64,000 nt of DNA from Chrysomallon squamiferum (lineage: Eukaryota; Animalia; Mollusca): the NCBI GenBank assembly GCA_012295275.1, contig CM022669.1, positions 5,642,001-5,706,000 of the forward strand, written 5' to 3'. Both the position numbers and the translations under genes were made by a program. This document shows positions 1 through 13,345 of this stretch, in pieces (the first letter of the stretch is position 1; each line of letters opens with the position of its first letter). A model generated the notes under the pieces. The model was not told the origin of the DNA. It did no database searches and saw only the letters and a list, made by a program, of their open reading frames with translations.

Positions 1-67
1 TTAGTGACAGTCTTTATATTTGTGACGAGCTTTATCTTTGTTCATTTGTTTGTTAGCTTAGTCCCGC

Positions 68-316
68 TCACTTCCCTAGTCCTGACTTTCGGATCATTTC
101 TTGTGTTTCTAGTTTTAGAAGTCATTGTTCCAAGTTTCCCACGCACCTTTGTCTTAGTTCTCTTTGTCCGTTTTCTAGGAAAACGTGTGGTCTTTTTTCT
201 ACTTGACTGTACAGCTGTTCTTGCATCTGATCTTGAACGATCCTGTTTGCATGACCGTTTTCAAAAAAATTCAAAGAAAATACCTGTGCAGCATTATAAA
301 GACATCTACCCATATC
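68..316 (-). pseudogene. Detached C-terminal tail of a GIMAP/AIG1 gene (premature TGA at 122-124)
   Basis: Positions 1-316 align with 39266-39570, the 3' end of the minus-strand GIMAP. Translation ...QEQLYSQVEKRPHVFLENGQRELRQRCVGNLEQ*LLKLETQEMIRKSGLGK* matches ...QQQLYREAGISPLTFLENGQRELSQRCIGNLVQRFQTPEIQEMIRKAGLGN*. Confidence 0.85.
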
Positions 317-652
317 AAATAATCTTGTAGACTGTTTTTTTTTTGTTTTTTTTGCTTTTGCTTTTTTCGTGAGATCCGACATAGTATTTCTTCTTTATTA
401 TATAAATACATAGAAATAAACGAATTACGGAAATATATCCATGAGGCTGGTGTGAAATGAATTTCCCAGTATCTAACAGGTCACAACAACAAACAAACCC
501 AGACCTAAGACTTTCCCATATAACAATTTTTCTTGACCCACTAAAACTTTTCAGTTAAGGACTGTAAAGAAAATGAGAAAAAAAAAAACATGTTTGATTT
601 GATTATGTGGAAGATAATTTTTATAATAATGTATCTTCAACATTATTTTCAG

Positions 653-1378
653 CTCCCCAAAATGTCAAGACATTCAGACTAGTTATGATTGGAAAAACAT
701 ACGCAGGTAAAAGTGCATCAGCTAACTCTATCCTCGGAAAACCTGCATTCTGTTCTGAATTCAGCATGTCGTCGATTACAAAGAAGTGTGAAAAGGCAAC
801 TACAAATCGGTTTGGTTACGAATTAGAAATTATTGACACACCCGGATTTCTGAACACTAACCTGTCAGAAGATGAGGTCAGTAAGAAAATTAAAAAGATG
901 TGTTAAAATGTGTCTTCGAGGTCCACACGCCTTTATCCTTGTCATCAGATGAGGACAACGATTTACCATCAACGAACGAAACATAATTGAATTTTTCAAA
1001 AAGAATTTTGGTGAAGGAATGCTGCAGTACTTGTTTGTGTTGTTTACTGGCATGGATTATCTGGAAAGACACGGAAGGAAGCTAAAACAGTTTATTAAGA
1101 CAGCTCCTAATGATCTGCAAGATTTTCTCAGAACGATTGAAGACAGATATTTTGGAATAAATAATATCGAAGACGGTCCAAAGAAAACAACAGAGCCGGT
1201 TGAGGATATCCTGAAAGCAGTTGATTTAAATTTATCTAAGCATCGAGTAGCATACTACACATCAGAAATGCTACAAAAAGCAGAGGAAGAGGAGAGGCAA
1301 CAAAAAGAGAAAGAAGAGAGAAAGGAACAAGAATTGATGGAACAAAAAAATTAAAGAACGAATGCAACAAAAAGAAAG
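653..1378 (+). pseudogene. GIMAP/AIG1-family GTPase copy A (frameshift in A-run 892-896, in-frame TGA 950-952, 3' end detached)
   Basis: Acceptor TTTTCAG at 646-652. AIG1 motifs: G1 GKTYAGKS(ASANSILG), G3 IIDTPG, GPHAFILV, F-G-E-G-M-L-Q-Y-L-F-V-L-F-T-G-M-D (G4 region), F-G-I-N-N, YYTSEML, then a coiled coil. Confidence 0.88.
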
Positions 1379-1560
1379 CGATACAATTATAGCAAATTAT
1401 ATCAGATCGTTAAACAGAAACCGAAATAAAACAAGAAATATATTGCATCGGATCTCTGGATGGATGTTCGATGTACTACTGAGAAAATGACACCAAAACA
1501 GGCTGTTCTGTACATTTCCATTTGACGATAGGTATACATGCTACAGAAGCATTTCTCTCT

Positions 1561-1668
<108 letters not shown>

Positions 1669-2065
1669 TTCCGCTTATCAGTGTAAAAAATAATGTATCA
1701 AGCAGGTGTATAAGATTTCAACTTTATTATGCAAATGAGTTGAAGAATTGACAGCATAAGAATGGCACTACAGAAAAATATCTGCTCTATATCTAATGTT
1801 AAAACCAATTATTTTAAAACCTAATATTATCTATATTATTTTGTGTTTCTGGGGCTAACACTTCTGAAAACTGCATATATCTACAAGGGAGATGCATACA
1901 TTATATACAATAATTATACATACTTCCACATAGATACGTAAATGCAATAATTGAGGATTTAAATTATAAATTGGCTAAAGGTAATAATATCGAGTATCGC
2001 TATCAATTGTGCTGTCCCAGGGTTTTTGAATTCTTGCCATTTGTGCTTATCCTAATGATCTAGTA

Positions 2066-2763
<698 letters not shown>

Positions 2764-3147
2764 ATGATCATACTTTGAAAAGATCTCTTTAGCTTCGATA
2801 CCACAGATACGTATTCTTTCAGAGACACACTGATAACATAACAATAGGTTTTAACAATAGTTTACGAAGTCGTGAGCTACGTATTCTTTCTTTCTTACTT
2901 TTTTTCGTGTTTTTTTTTTTTTTAACAGAAATAGTACTCCTACACAAATAATTATTCTATGCTTCTACTAATACAATATTGTTGTGTTTTTTTTTGTTGT
3001 TGTTTTGTTTTTTAATCCGTAAAAATATTATTATGATTACCATTGTATTGTTAGAGAGAGAGAAAGCAACTATATGGGCGGTTTAATAATAAATATTAGT
3101 TTAGGAATCGCTTTACATATTGTGCCACATTATTCCTTCAGGCTAAG

Positions 3148-3192
<45 letters not shown>

Positions 3193-3892
3193 GCTTTTAT
3201 TGTTATTATTATCATCATTATTATTGCTGTTGTTGTTACTATTTTTATAATTAACTGGACTGTTTTTTGCTATTACTGTTATTGTTATTATTATCATTTC
3301 ACATAACCGTTAGAGATTATTATTATTGTTATTATTATTATTATTGTTATTGTTGTTGTTGTTATTAGATCATAATCATCATCATTATTACTTTCTTTCC
3401 GTTGTGTTTCTTTTTGTTAGAGTACTCATGATACTTTTATTCATGCTGACAAAATAATTTGCTGCTGTTATTTAAGTATATGTGTATTATACCGATCGTT
3501 GTTAATGATTATATAAATTATTTGTTGTTGTTTACTATCGTCGTTTATTGATAATATTTTATTTATATAATTAATTTACGTCAGTGAAACCATGTATTTT
3601 GTACACAATTCATAGATGCAACGTTTTTCATACCTAAGATGTAGCAACTTGTTTTATCTTTTGCTCAAGAACTCTTGTTTCACGAGGAACGCGTATGTTG
3701 TGACTAAGGATTTCTTTCACAGGTCAACCAGGTGTTAAAAACAGGCTATTCTGCAGGCTTTACGTGCATTTCCATTTGACGATATAAACATAAGCCCCGC
3801 ACAACTGTTTGATTGCGTGTGTATGTGAGTGTGTTACTCCATTTGATATCTTGACACTAAAATATAATATATCAACCTTCTCTTCACGCTAG

Positions 3893-4161
3893 ATTGCCAA
3901 CCAGTCATGCACGGACCCCCACTGGTGACTGCGTTCAAAATATCAGAAATGTCTTCTATAATAATTATGTATAAAATTACTCACGATAGGCTTATAAAGT
4001 TAAATTTAAAATTACATACATCTTTAAGTGCCTTTTCAGTTACATACATCACCACACTTGAAGATGAGTTTGGTGTTATTTAATAAAAATCACAAAAAGC
4101 CTGGGATCTATGGAAAAATTCATTTAAGTAAACACGTAGAAAAAAGGTTTGTAAACCACTG
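3893..4161. mobile_element. hAT/Charlie-like MITE copy (left end eroded)
   Basis: Right end GGTTTGTAAACCACTG followed by CACTAGCG. Homologous to the complete copy at 38650-38944. Confidence 0.6.
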
Positions 4162-4482
4162 CACTAGCGTGTAGAGGTGATTACTTTTCATAGTAAATGT
4201 ATTACAAAATGTTGTTGTTTATTTATTATCTTTTATTAATAGGTCGAACAGCATTACACTATATTTATTAAATCATATACTTGTAGCATAAAATAAAAAA
4301 TAATTTTTCAAAATCATATTACCGACAACACCGCTATACAATCATAGCAAACTATATCATCCTGAGGAACGCATACATCACGTGACTAAATATTTCCTTG
4401 ACAGGTCAACCAGGTGTTAAAAAACAGGCTGTTCTGTACATTTCCATTTGACCATACGTACAAGTGTTACACAAGCATATCA

Positions 4483-4631
4483 GATCTTTAAATAGGAACC
4501 GAAATAAAACAAGAAATATATTGTATCGGATCTTTGAATAGGAACCGAAATAAAACAAGAAATATATTGTATCGGATCTTTGAATAGGAACCGAAATAAA
4601 ACAAGAAATATATTGTATCGGATCTTTGAAT
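4483..4631 (+). repeat. 46-bp tandem repeat, 3.2 copies
   Basis: GATCTTT(A/G)AATAGGAACCGAAATAAAACAAGAAATATATTGTATCG starting at 4483, 4529 and 4575, with a partial copy at 4621. Confidence 0.95.
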
Positions 4632-4666
4632 GGATGTTCGATGTACTACTGGAAAAATGACACCAA

Positions 4667-4705
<39 letters not shown>

Positions 4706-4804
4706 TCATTTCTGTCATCAAAAGAGAATAATGGAATACAATGGTTCAAAATTCATGAGCAATTACTGTGTACACATATCTCCTACTTATATCTGTTTTT
4801 AAAG

Positions 4805-4868
<64 letters not shown>

Positions 4869-5562
4869 TTGTGGGTGTGCGTGCAATACATTGTTATTGT
4901 TATTATTATCATCATTATTATTGCTGTTGTTACTATTTTTATTAATTAACTGGACTGTTTTTTGCTATTACTGTTATCGTTATTATTATTATTTCATATA
5001 ACTGTTAGAGATTATTATTATTGTTGTTGTTGTTGTTACATCATAATCATCATCATTATTACTTTCTTTTCTTTGTGTTTCTTTTTGTTAGAGTACTCAT
5101 GATACTTTTATTCATGCTGACAAAATAATTTGCTGCTGTTATTTAAGTATATGTGTATTATACCGATCGTTGTTAATGATTATATAAATTATTTGTTGTT
5201 GTTTACTATCGTCGTTTATTGATAATATTTTATTTGTATAATTAATTTACGTCAGTAAACCATGTATTTTGTACACAATTCATAGATGCAAGGTTTTTCA
5301 TAGCTAAGATGTCGCAAATTGTTTTATCTTTTGTTCATGAACTCTTTTTTCACGAGGAACGCGTATGTTGTGACTAAGCATTTCTTTCACAGGTCAACCA
5401 GGTGTTAAAAACAGGCTATTCTGCAGGCTTTACGTGCATTTCCATTTGACGATATAAACATAAGCCCCGCACAGCTGTTTGATTGCGTGTGTATGCGCCT
5501 GTGTTACTCCATTTGATATCTTGACACTGAAATATAATATATCAACCTTCTCTTCACGCTAG

Positions 5563-5817
5563 ATTGCCACAGACCCCCACTGGTGACTACGTTAAAAATG
5601 TCAGAAATGTCCTATAATAATTATGTATAACATTACTCACGATAGGCTTATAAAGTTAAATTTAAAATTACATACATCTTTAAGTGCCTTTTCAGTTACA
5701 TACATCACCACACTTGAAGATGAGTTTGGTGTTATTTAATAAAAATCACAAAAAGCCTGGGATCTATGGAAAACTTCATTTAAGTAAACACGTAGAAAAA
5801 AGGTTTGGAAACCACTG
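5563..5817. mobile_element. hAT/Charlie-like MITE copy (left end eroded)
   Basis: Right end GGTTTGGAAACCACTG followed by CACTAGAG, identical to the 8-bp left flank of the 38650 copy. Confidence 0.6.
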
Positions 5818-6285
5818 CACTAGAGTGTAGAGGTGATTACTTTTCATAGTAAATGTATTACAAAATGTTGTTGTTTATTTATTATCTTTTATTAATGGAT
5901 CGAACAGCATTACACTATATTTATAAAATCATATACTTGTAGCATAAAATAATAATTTTTCAAAATCAAATTACCGACAACACCGCTATACAATCATAGC
6001 AAACTATATCATCATGAGGAACGCATACATCACGTGACTAAATATTTCCTTGACAGGTCAACCAGGTGTTAAAAACACATACACATATGTACATATGCTA
6101 CACAAGCATTTCTGTGTGCGTGTGTGTGTGTGTGTGTTTGTGCGTGTGTGTGTGAGTGTGTGTGATTCTGCTTAATAATAAAATGTATTATATCAAGCAA
6201 GTGTAAAAGACTATAACTTTATTATACAAATGCATTGACATTTATTTCAGATCTTTAAATTGAAACCAAAATAATATGACAATAA

Positions 6286-6328
<43 letters not shown>

Positions 6329-6568
6329 AATGAGAATGCAGAGAGGTCGACACATTAACTTTTCACGTAAGTTTAGTATATATACTCCCCCTCAAGTACA
6401 TTCGCAAAGCAGGCCCGCGGCAAGCTAGAACAATATGTGTGCGTTCGTTCTCGCCAATGTTTTCATTTTACTCGTCAGCTGTGGCACTTTCGCTTCATAT
6501 GTTTATAGTATTATAGATCTATATCCATCTACCTGCCAGTCTGTTTGTTAGTCTGCCTGCCTGTCTGT

Positions 6569-6617
<49 letters not shown>

Positions 6618-7189
6618 ACATGCCCATAATCACAACTCGGACAAAAACTTTATATCTCTATTAGCACAAAACTTTATTTACTCGTAATATTAATAAAATG
6701 TTAGAAACAAAACACAACAAAACGGGATGTTTAAGCCAATATGTCTCAATATGTTTCATCTTTTCTTGAAAAAAAGATCTTCATTCTTAAGGAAAATATA
6801 TTACATGACTAAGCGTTCCATCGACACACAGACTTTTCTATACACCTTTTTGTGAATATGCAATCGACTCAGATTAATAACTAGTAATAAATATTTTTGG
6901 ACGATTTTCAAGAAGACAGGTGAATCTATTGGCATATAAATGATATATGTAACAACTATATCTTCATGAATTTATTGTATATGATAGAATTGCCCACTTA
7001 GTTCATTAGAGAATTGATAAAATGTCGACATCCTGTGATCAAAGGATTCTGGGTCTGTACAGAAGAGGTACTGATTGTTAGCGAACTAAGTTCAAAAGTT
7101 CGAAAAGCTGCGATGTATGATGTATAATTATTTTGTGGCTGATAAAGATAAATTCAAAAATGTCATATATCTTTATTATTATATATCGT

Positions 7190-7314
7190 CACACTGAAAG
7201 ATGAAACTTACAAAATGAGGTTTTTTTGTTATTTAATAAAATAACCAAAAACCTGGCGTCCGTTGGAAAATTCATTTAAGTAAACACGTATAAAAAAACG
7301 TTCGGGAATCACTG
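7190..7314. mobile_element. 3' half of the same hAT/Charlie-like MITE
   Basis: Aligns with 38825-38944 and ends CGTTCGGGAATCACTG. Confidence 0.5.
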
Positions 7315-9273
7315 GACTATAGTGCATAGGTGATATTTTTTTCCAGGAAACGTACAACAGAATGTTTTTGTTTGTTTTATTTATTTTATATTTTATTAAT
7401 GTGTCGAACAGCATTACAGTACATTTATTAAATCACATATTTACAGCAGAAAATAATAATAATTATTAGAATGCTATATACATAAATAAACTGAATACTA
7501 AACATTTATTTTATCAAACAAATAAAAAAGTGTAGCAAGCTTTCAAATGTTATTATCTATAAAAATGAATATCTGCTTCAACGAACAAAGAAAATTATTA
7601 CTATGTATTAACAGGAATTATGAGCAAGTTGATATAATCATTTAATATTATAATTTATGCAATAAGGATTCTTTAACCGTTAGCTTTGCTACTGGACGGA
7701 AATATTAATTCGTGAATGTTCAGTCATTATTATAGTTCATTATATTAAATAGGAACTGACAAAAAAAAAAAAAAAAAAAAACACAAGAAATATATTGTGT
7801 CGGAACTTTGAATAAATAAGAAAAAAATATATATATATTTAAAAAAATAACAATCGTTTCTGTTATCAAAACAGAATTATGGACGATGAAATCATCAATT
7901 TTTTTTATAATCCAGCAGCGGTTATTTCCCTTGTTTATTTAATACTTGTTTAGTAGGTGTCCACCAACAGCCTAAAAATATTGTCTACATTTGCAAAAAA
8001 TGGTACTGTTTATTGGGTCATAATTTGTTGAACATTAATAAATACATAAATGTATAAGGTGAAAAAAAAAAATTATAATAACAACAACAAAAAAACTTTA
8101 GTTCGGTTAACACAATATATTTTCACGTAATTTCCAACATTAAAAATAATTCTTTTACAACGATTGTCCGGTAAATAATTTATTGCTTTTAAAATTCTCT
8201 TACACTTTCATTTCCTCATACATACACGTGCATATACGTGGTAATAAAAAAAATGTCTACGTTCATCCTCGCGTTCTTCTTATTTTATTTATGAAGTTGG
8301 AAATTAGCAAAGACAGGTCGCCAAAACCAATGAATTAATATTTAACAACAACTTAGTATATTTTAATGCTAATAATTATTAGATATCAAACGTAACGATG
8401 ACACGTGACATATAATTCTTACGCTGTCTTAACAAGGACTATTTTTAGATTAGCAGCAAAGAATCTTGGTTCTGATCGAATAGCGACAACAAGATCCTTT
8501 TTATCAACTATTTTCACCATAAAAGAACATCTTCGACATTATAATAATTTTTGATATTGAAATATATGTTGTTGGTATTTTTATGTTTCTTTTTGTTTTT
8601 CTGTGTATGTGTGCGTGCATGTATATGTGTAAATAATAAATTACTGATAAATTCTGGAACTGATAGATTATAAAATATTAATTATTGTTTATTAATTGTA
8701 TTTATTAAGATGCACATTTAGTTTCTATACCTGTCGTATGATATGATAAATATACCAAATTTATTTTCTTCCTTTTCTTGATTTAAACAAATATATATTT
8801 TTAACCCTTTTCGACTTCTTGTGAAATGATGCTTGCAAGAAACATCTTGATTCTGTCTATTAATTATTTCAATTTATTTACGTTTGTGATTGTTTTGATA
8901 TTCGTGAAGAAAATCGTAAATTCGAATAGCCTTTGGAATACACATATATACATATACATGTATATATACACATATATACATATACATGTATATATACACA
9001 TATATACATATATATACACGTATATACATAATACATAATATATATATATATATATATATATATAAGAAGGGCGGAAAAAAGACTACTGGAAAAAAGAAGT
9101 ATGGCTTGAGATCCAAAGAAACTGAATACCAATAATTACAATAATACATGAAATAAATTTTAAACATTAGTTAGATTGATGACATGAAATCGAAATTATT
9201 CATATTTTTCATTTACAAAATAATTAAATATATTTAAATTATTGAAATGAAATCTCGGGTTTGCGAGATCTTT

Positions 9274-9300
9274 ATTGGCGGCTGTTTCAAAATGGCTGCC
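9274..9300 (+). promoter_or_regulatory. Duplicated KIF24 promoter core (inverted CCAAT, CHR-like TTTCAAA, YY1-like AAAATGGCTGCC)
   Basis: ATTGGCGGCTGTTTCAAAATGGCTGCC, identical to 42852-42878. Confidence 0.4.
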
Positions 9301-10297
9301 GAAGACAGACAAAATCGTCACTAATGTCAACAAATGCATAACAACATATATAATATATATTCCAGATAGGAACCGTTGTTTATTGTAAGCTATGAGCACA
9401 AATAATTTGCATCCATTCGCTTTCTAGATATCAATATTTGTAAGCAACAGCTTTAATATCTACTAATGCTTTTATCCAATGGATGTTTTCATTCTTCACA
9501 GGTTGAGACACGAATCAGTGTCTTTGTCAAGTTTATGTCACTGTTAGACTGTTGTACCAATATCCGTTCCAGCATGTATGCACACATATCTGATGAATTT
9601 GAACATAGGCTGTTTAATAGAAGTAACAATTAATTATTTAGTTCGAAGCAAACGGCTAAATGTAAACTGAATTATAATTATTATTAATATTAAATAATTA
9701 CTAAAAACGGTAAGATATCATTCTTTATAATAATATAAACATTTTCCTTTCATTGTAGGAAGTACTCCTCATACCTAAAAATAGAAATATAAAATATTTG
9801 TGGGTTTATTTGTTTACTTTAATAATATTATCTGTAGATATTTTCTTAATTTAACTTACTCGTGATTATTTAATTATAAAACGTCCAATATCTCGTAAAT
9901 ATCAGTGGTTAGTATTTTATATGCCATTTTGTATTTTTGTGGGGATTGTATATCAACTGGGCAAAAAGTAATGAGTGAAAGTATTACTACAACTCTTTAT
10001 TCAGCAACTGAGTTAATTAATTCTTAACATTATGTGGTAATTGTTATTCATTTTCAACTTGTAAAAGGATTTCAGTTAGTATATATATTTGAAAAAAACT
10101 AAAGTTCGAAAATATGAAGAAGATTTTATTCCTTCTCGCACTGTTACACACTTTTGTTTTTGCATTTTTTATTTAAATTTTTAAATTGTTTTTGGTACCT
10201 ATACAAATAACTAAAGAAGATGAACATGAAATTCAATGTCATATTGTGTTAATTATAAATATTCATTATAGGTTACATATTTGAAATAAATATTAGC

Positions 10298-10298
<1 letters not shown>

Positions 10299-10365
<67 letters not shown>
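10299..10365. repeat. (CT)n microsatellite at the deletion that removed the KIF24 copy's acceptor and ATG
   Basis: The run joins directly to GGGCACACTTTTTGAATGC. The homologous run at 43867-43960 is followed by ~98 bp that includes the acceptor and ATG. Confidence 0.95.
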
Positions 10366-10367
<2 letters not shown>

Positions 10368-12488
10368 GCACACTTTTTGAATGCCTAAGGGAGGCACGTC
10401 TTGAAAAATACTATCCAGCATTTCGAGCTAATGGTATCAATCGGTCAGAGATGCTGTCACGACTGACCCTAGATGACTGCATGGCTTTGGGTATTACATC
10501 TCTTGATGATAAAAGGCGAGTCATAGAACTGATAAATATCATCAAGTCAGTTCACACTGCCAACCGATCTACTCCAGCTAATAAACCAAGATCTGATACC
10601 ACAGTTAGACGTAACTTAGGAAACAGACAACACACTGCAAGTGCAGCATACCAGCTGCAAACATCAGGGTCTTCGCGAGTCCTTGAAGTCACTAGAGATG
10701 TTGTAGTTCATGATCGGATGCCAAATTTCTCTGCTGCATCATACATGGACATGTTGCAATTACTGAGTGAAAGCAGCGACAGCGCATCATCCGATGATTC
10801 AGTCCACTCGGGCTACCAACCAACTAGAAGCAACATTAATCGCTCCAACATGAGTGCACCACCAGCCCGAGTGAGTCATGCTGCTGTAGAGAGAGTTAAA
10901 CACAAGGGCTACAATTACGGAGTTCCAAATGCCACAACCAAACTAAAATCTAACATGAGTGCTGCCAAGCCAAACAGCGAGGACCGAATTAGGGTCTGTG
11001 TTAGGAAGCGACCTCTGACACGCAAAGAAATCAAGGGTCGTGACCCTGACATTGTAGAAGCAGATAATGCAACTGCTGTGATTGTGAATGAACCAAAACA
11101 GGCAGTTGACCTAACAGCTTTTACACTTCAGGTTAGTTTGTTTTGGTGTTTTGATTTTGATTTATTTATTTTATTAAATTATTTATTCATTCTAAATTAG
11201 GTTTTTATTCCAGTAATACAAATAATAACAAATGTTATAAAAAATTACAACTGTGGTTTATTAGATAATATTTTATGAGATTGTAAAAAAAGAAATGGTG
11301 GTTAAAATATTTTTCGCTACACTCTTCAGGTTAAAATTATTTTTTCAGATAGTTTTATCTATAATTCAAATTATTAAGATGATAAGAAAAAGTATATGTC
11401 TGTAAGGTAAGAGAAAACTGATATCACAACAAATAAAAAAAGATGTGCACATTTAACAATCATAGAAATTCTGATTATTAAAGACTATTATTATTGATTA
11501 TCATCATCATCATCATTATTTTTTAACTCTTTCACTACTTAAGTAAAAATTGGCCAATTAATTACTTTCTGGTGTATTTAAAATTTGTAATAAATATAAT
11601 TTGTTTTTTCAGCATGAATTTATTTTTGACGAAGTTTTCAATGAAACTTGTACTAATGAAGAAGTTTATCTCCGAGCTGCTCGACCCCTTATTAGCTGTC
11701 TGTTTAATGGGTGAGGATGTTGATTTTTACATGGCAGTTCACTATCATCTCATTGGTTTATATACAAGCTTACTTAACAGGTTTATAAGAGTGGTGTATT
11801 TAATAAATAAATTCTTAATTGTTTTATTGATATCGTTCATGCTAGTTATTAGTATACTGATTGCTATGTTTCAAATTGTATTTTGAAACTATTTTTTTAG
11901 ATGTACATTATTTTCCTAATTAATCATGTGCTCTAGATATTCTATATCGATCATTTTATCTTAAAAATAAATTTCATCATAATCTACTCTATGAATTGTA
12001 TGTATTTTTAAAAATTATTTTTATTTTTATTAATTTAATTTTTATTGTAGTGCAAATGCAACATGTTTTGCCTATGGGCAGACTGGTGCAGGTAAAACTC
12101 ATACAATGATGGGCAATGAAGATGTTCCAGGACTGTATGTTTTGGCTGCCCAAGATATTTTCTCCATCATGGAGTCTGGTCAGTATGGGACTGGACTTTG
12201 CTTGTGGGTCAGCTTTTTTGAGATATACTGTGGTCAGCTGTTTGATCTTCTCAATAGGAGACAGAGGTCAGTCACATTTATTATGGTGTTCACACGGTTA
12301 AATAATTTTATTGTTGGAACTAGCTGTAGTACTGGATGTGTTTTTGTTTTATTATCTCTCTCTCTGGGTGTTCGTTTTCATTATTTTTGTCACTGATAAT
12401 TGCTACTCTTTGACACTGGTAAAAGTAGGGATAGCAAAATGATACGATTTATTTTAGAAATGTGTTATAAATCTCTAAAACCTGCATA

Positions 12489-12527
<39 letters not shown>

Positions 12528-12910
12528 AATTTAAAAACATGTACCTACTCAGAGAAACTGAAAAAACTTTCATACACTCAAAGATAAAGATAATTTTATT
12601 TACATACATCTGTCCATAGTAAGCACATACTGGCTTGTATTTCCTTTTTCTTTTTCTTTTTTTTTCTATTATTATTTTTTATTTATTTAAACACACTAGT
12701 ATTTTATACATCATATGGACATTTTGAAATACAGGTTTCAGTAGAGTGATTGATCTACTGACATAAGTTGAGGAGTGTCTTAATTTCAATGTTTGTTTCG
12801 TTTTACATTTTACTTGTTTTAGGTTACATGCTAGAGAGGATGGATCTCACAAAGTATGTATAGCTGGCCTCATGGAAACAAAGGCAAGAGATGTTGCTGG
12901 ATTAATTGAG
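10366..12910 (+). pseudogene. KIF24: Truncated KIF24-like duplicate, exons 10366-11131, 11613-11710, 12051-12266, 12823-12910
   Basis: Near-identical to the first four coding exons of the intact gene, including SAM and P-loop GQTGAGKT. It lacks the start codon and acceptor and all exons after ...AGLIE. No stop or frameshift seen inside the retained exons (one in-frame 3-nt deletion). Confidence 0.9.
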
Positions 12911-13049
12911 GTTAATTTTGAAATACCTTTTTATTAGTAATTCATCTTATATGTTAGACATTTTTCTAGTATATCAACATTTGTTTACTTTTGATTTTGG
13001 ATTTGTCAGAATTCATGTCTGTACTTTGAAGTTAATATTACTATAGGTG

Positions 13050-13345
13050 TCTTTACCATGAAGTTTATGTTTGTTTGTATATATATATATCTTTACAATG
13101 AAGTTTATATCTGTTAGTATATATATCTATAATATGAAGTTTACATTTTTGGTATACATGTCTTTACTATGAAGTTTATATTAGTATATATGTCTTTACT
13201 ATGAAGTTTATATTTGTTAGTATAGGTCTTTACTATGAAGTTTATATTAGTATATATGTCTTTACTATTGAGGTTATATTTGTTACATGTATTTAGTATG
13301 AAGTTTATATTTGTTAGTATATATGTCTTTACTATTGAGTTTACA
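13050..13345 (+). repeat. ~32-36 bp intronic minisatellite (TACTATGAAGTTTATATTTGTTAGTATATATGTCTT)
   Basis: About 8 degenerate copies. The homologous array is at 46615-46800. Confidence 0.85.

Noticed and set aside
950-952. In-frame TGA in GIMAP copy A as possible selenocysteine
   Set aside because: The aligned residue in copy B is Ile, not Cys, the copy has other lesions, and no SECIS was recognised.
4483-4631. 46-bp repeat, and the 20-bp and 36-bp arrays, as CRISPR-like arrays
   Set aside because: Head-to-tail units with no unique spacers, no cas genes, eukaryotic context.
8826-9399. ORFs upstream of the KIF24 promoter present in both duplicates (also 42455-42977)
   Set aside because: Recurrence reflects recent duplication. 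They contain (TA/CA)n tracts whose length differs between copies and shifts the frames.
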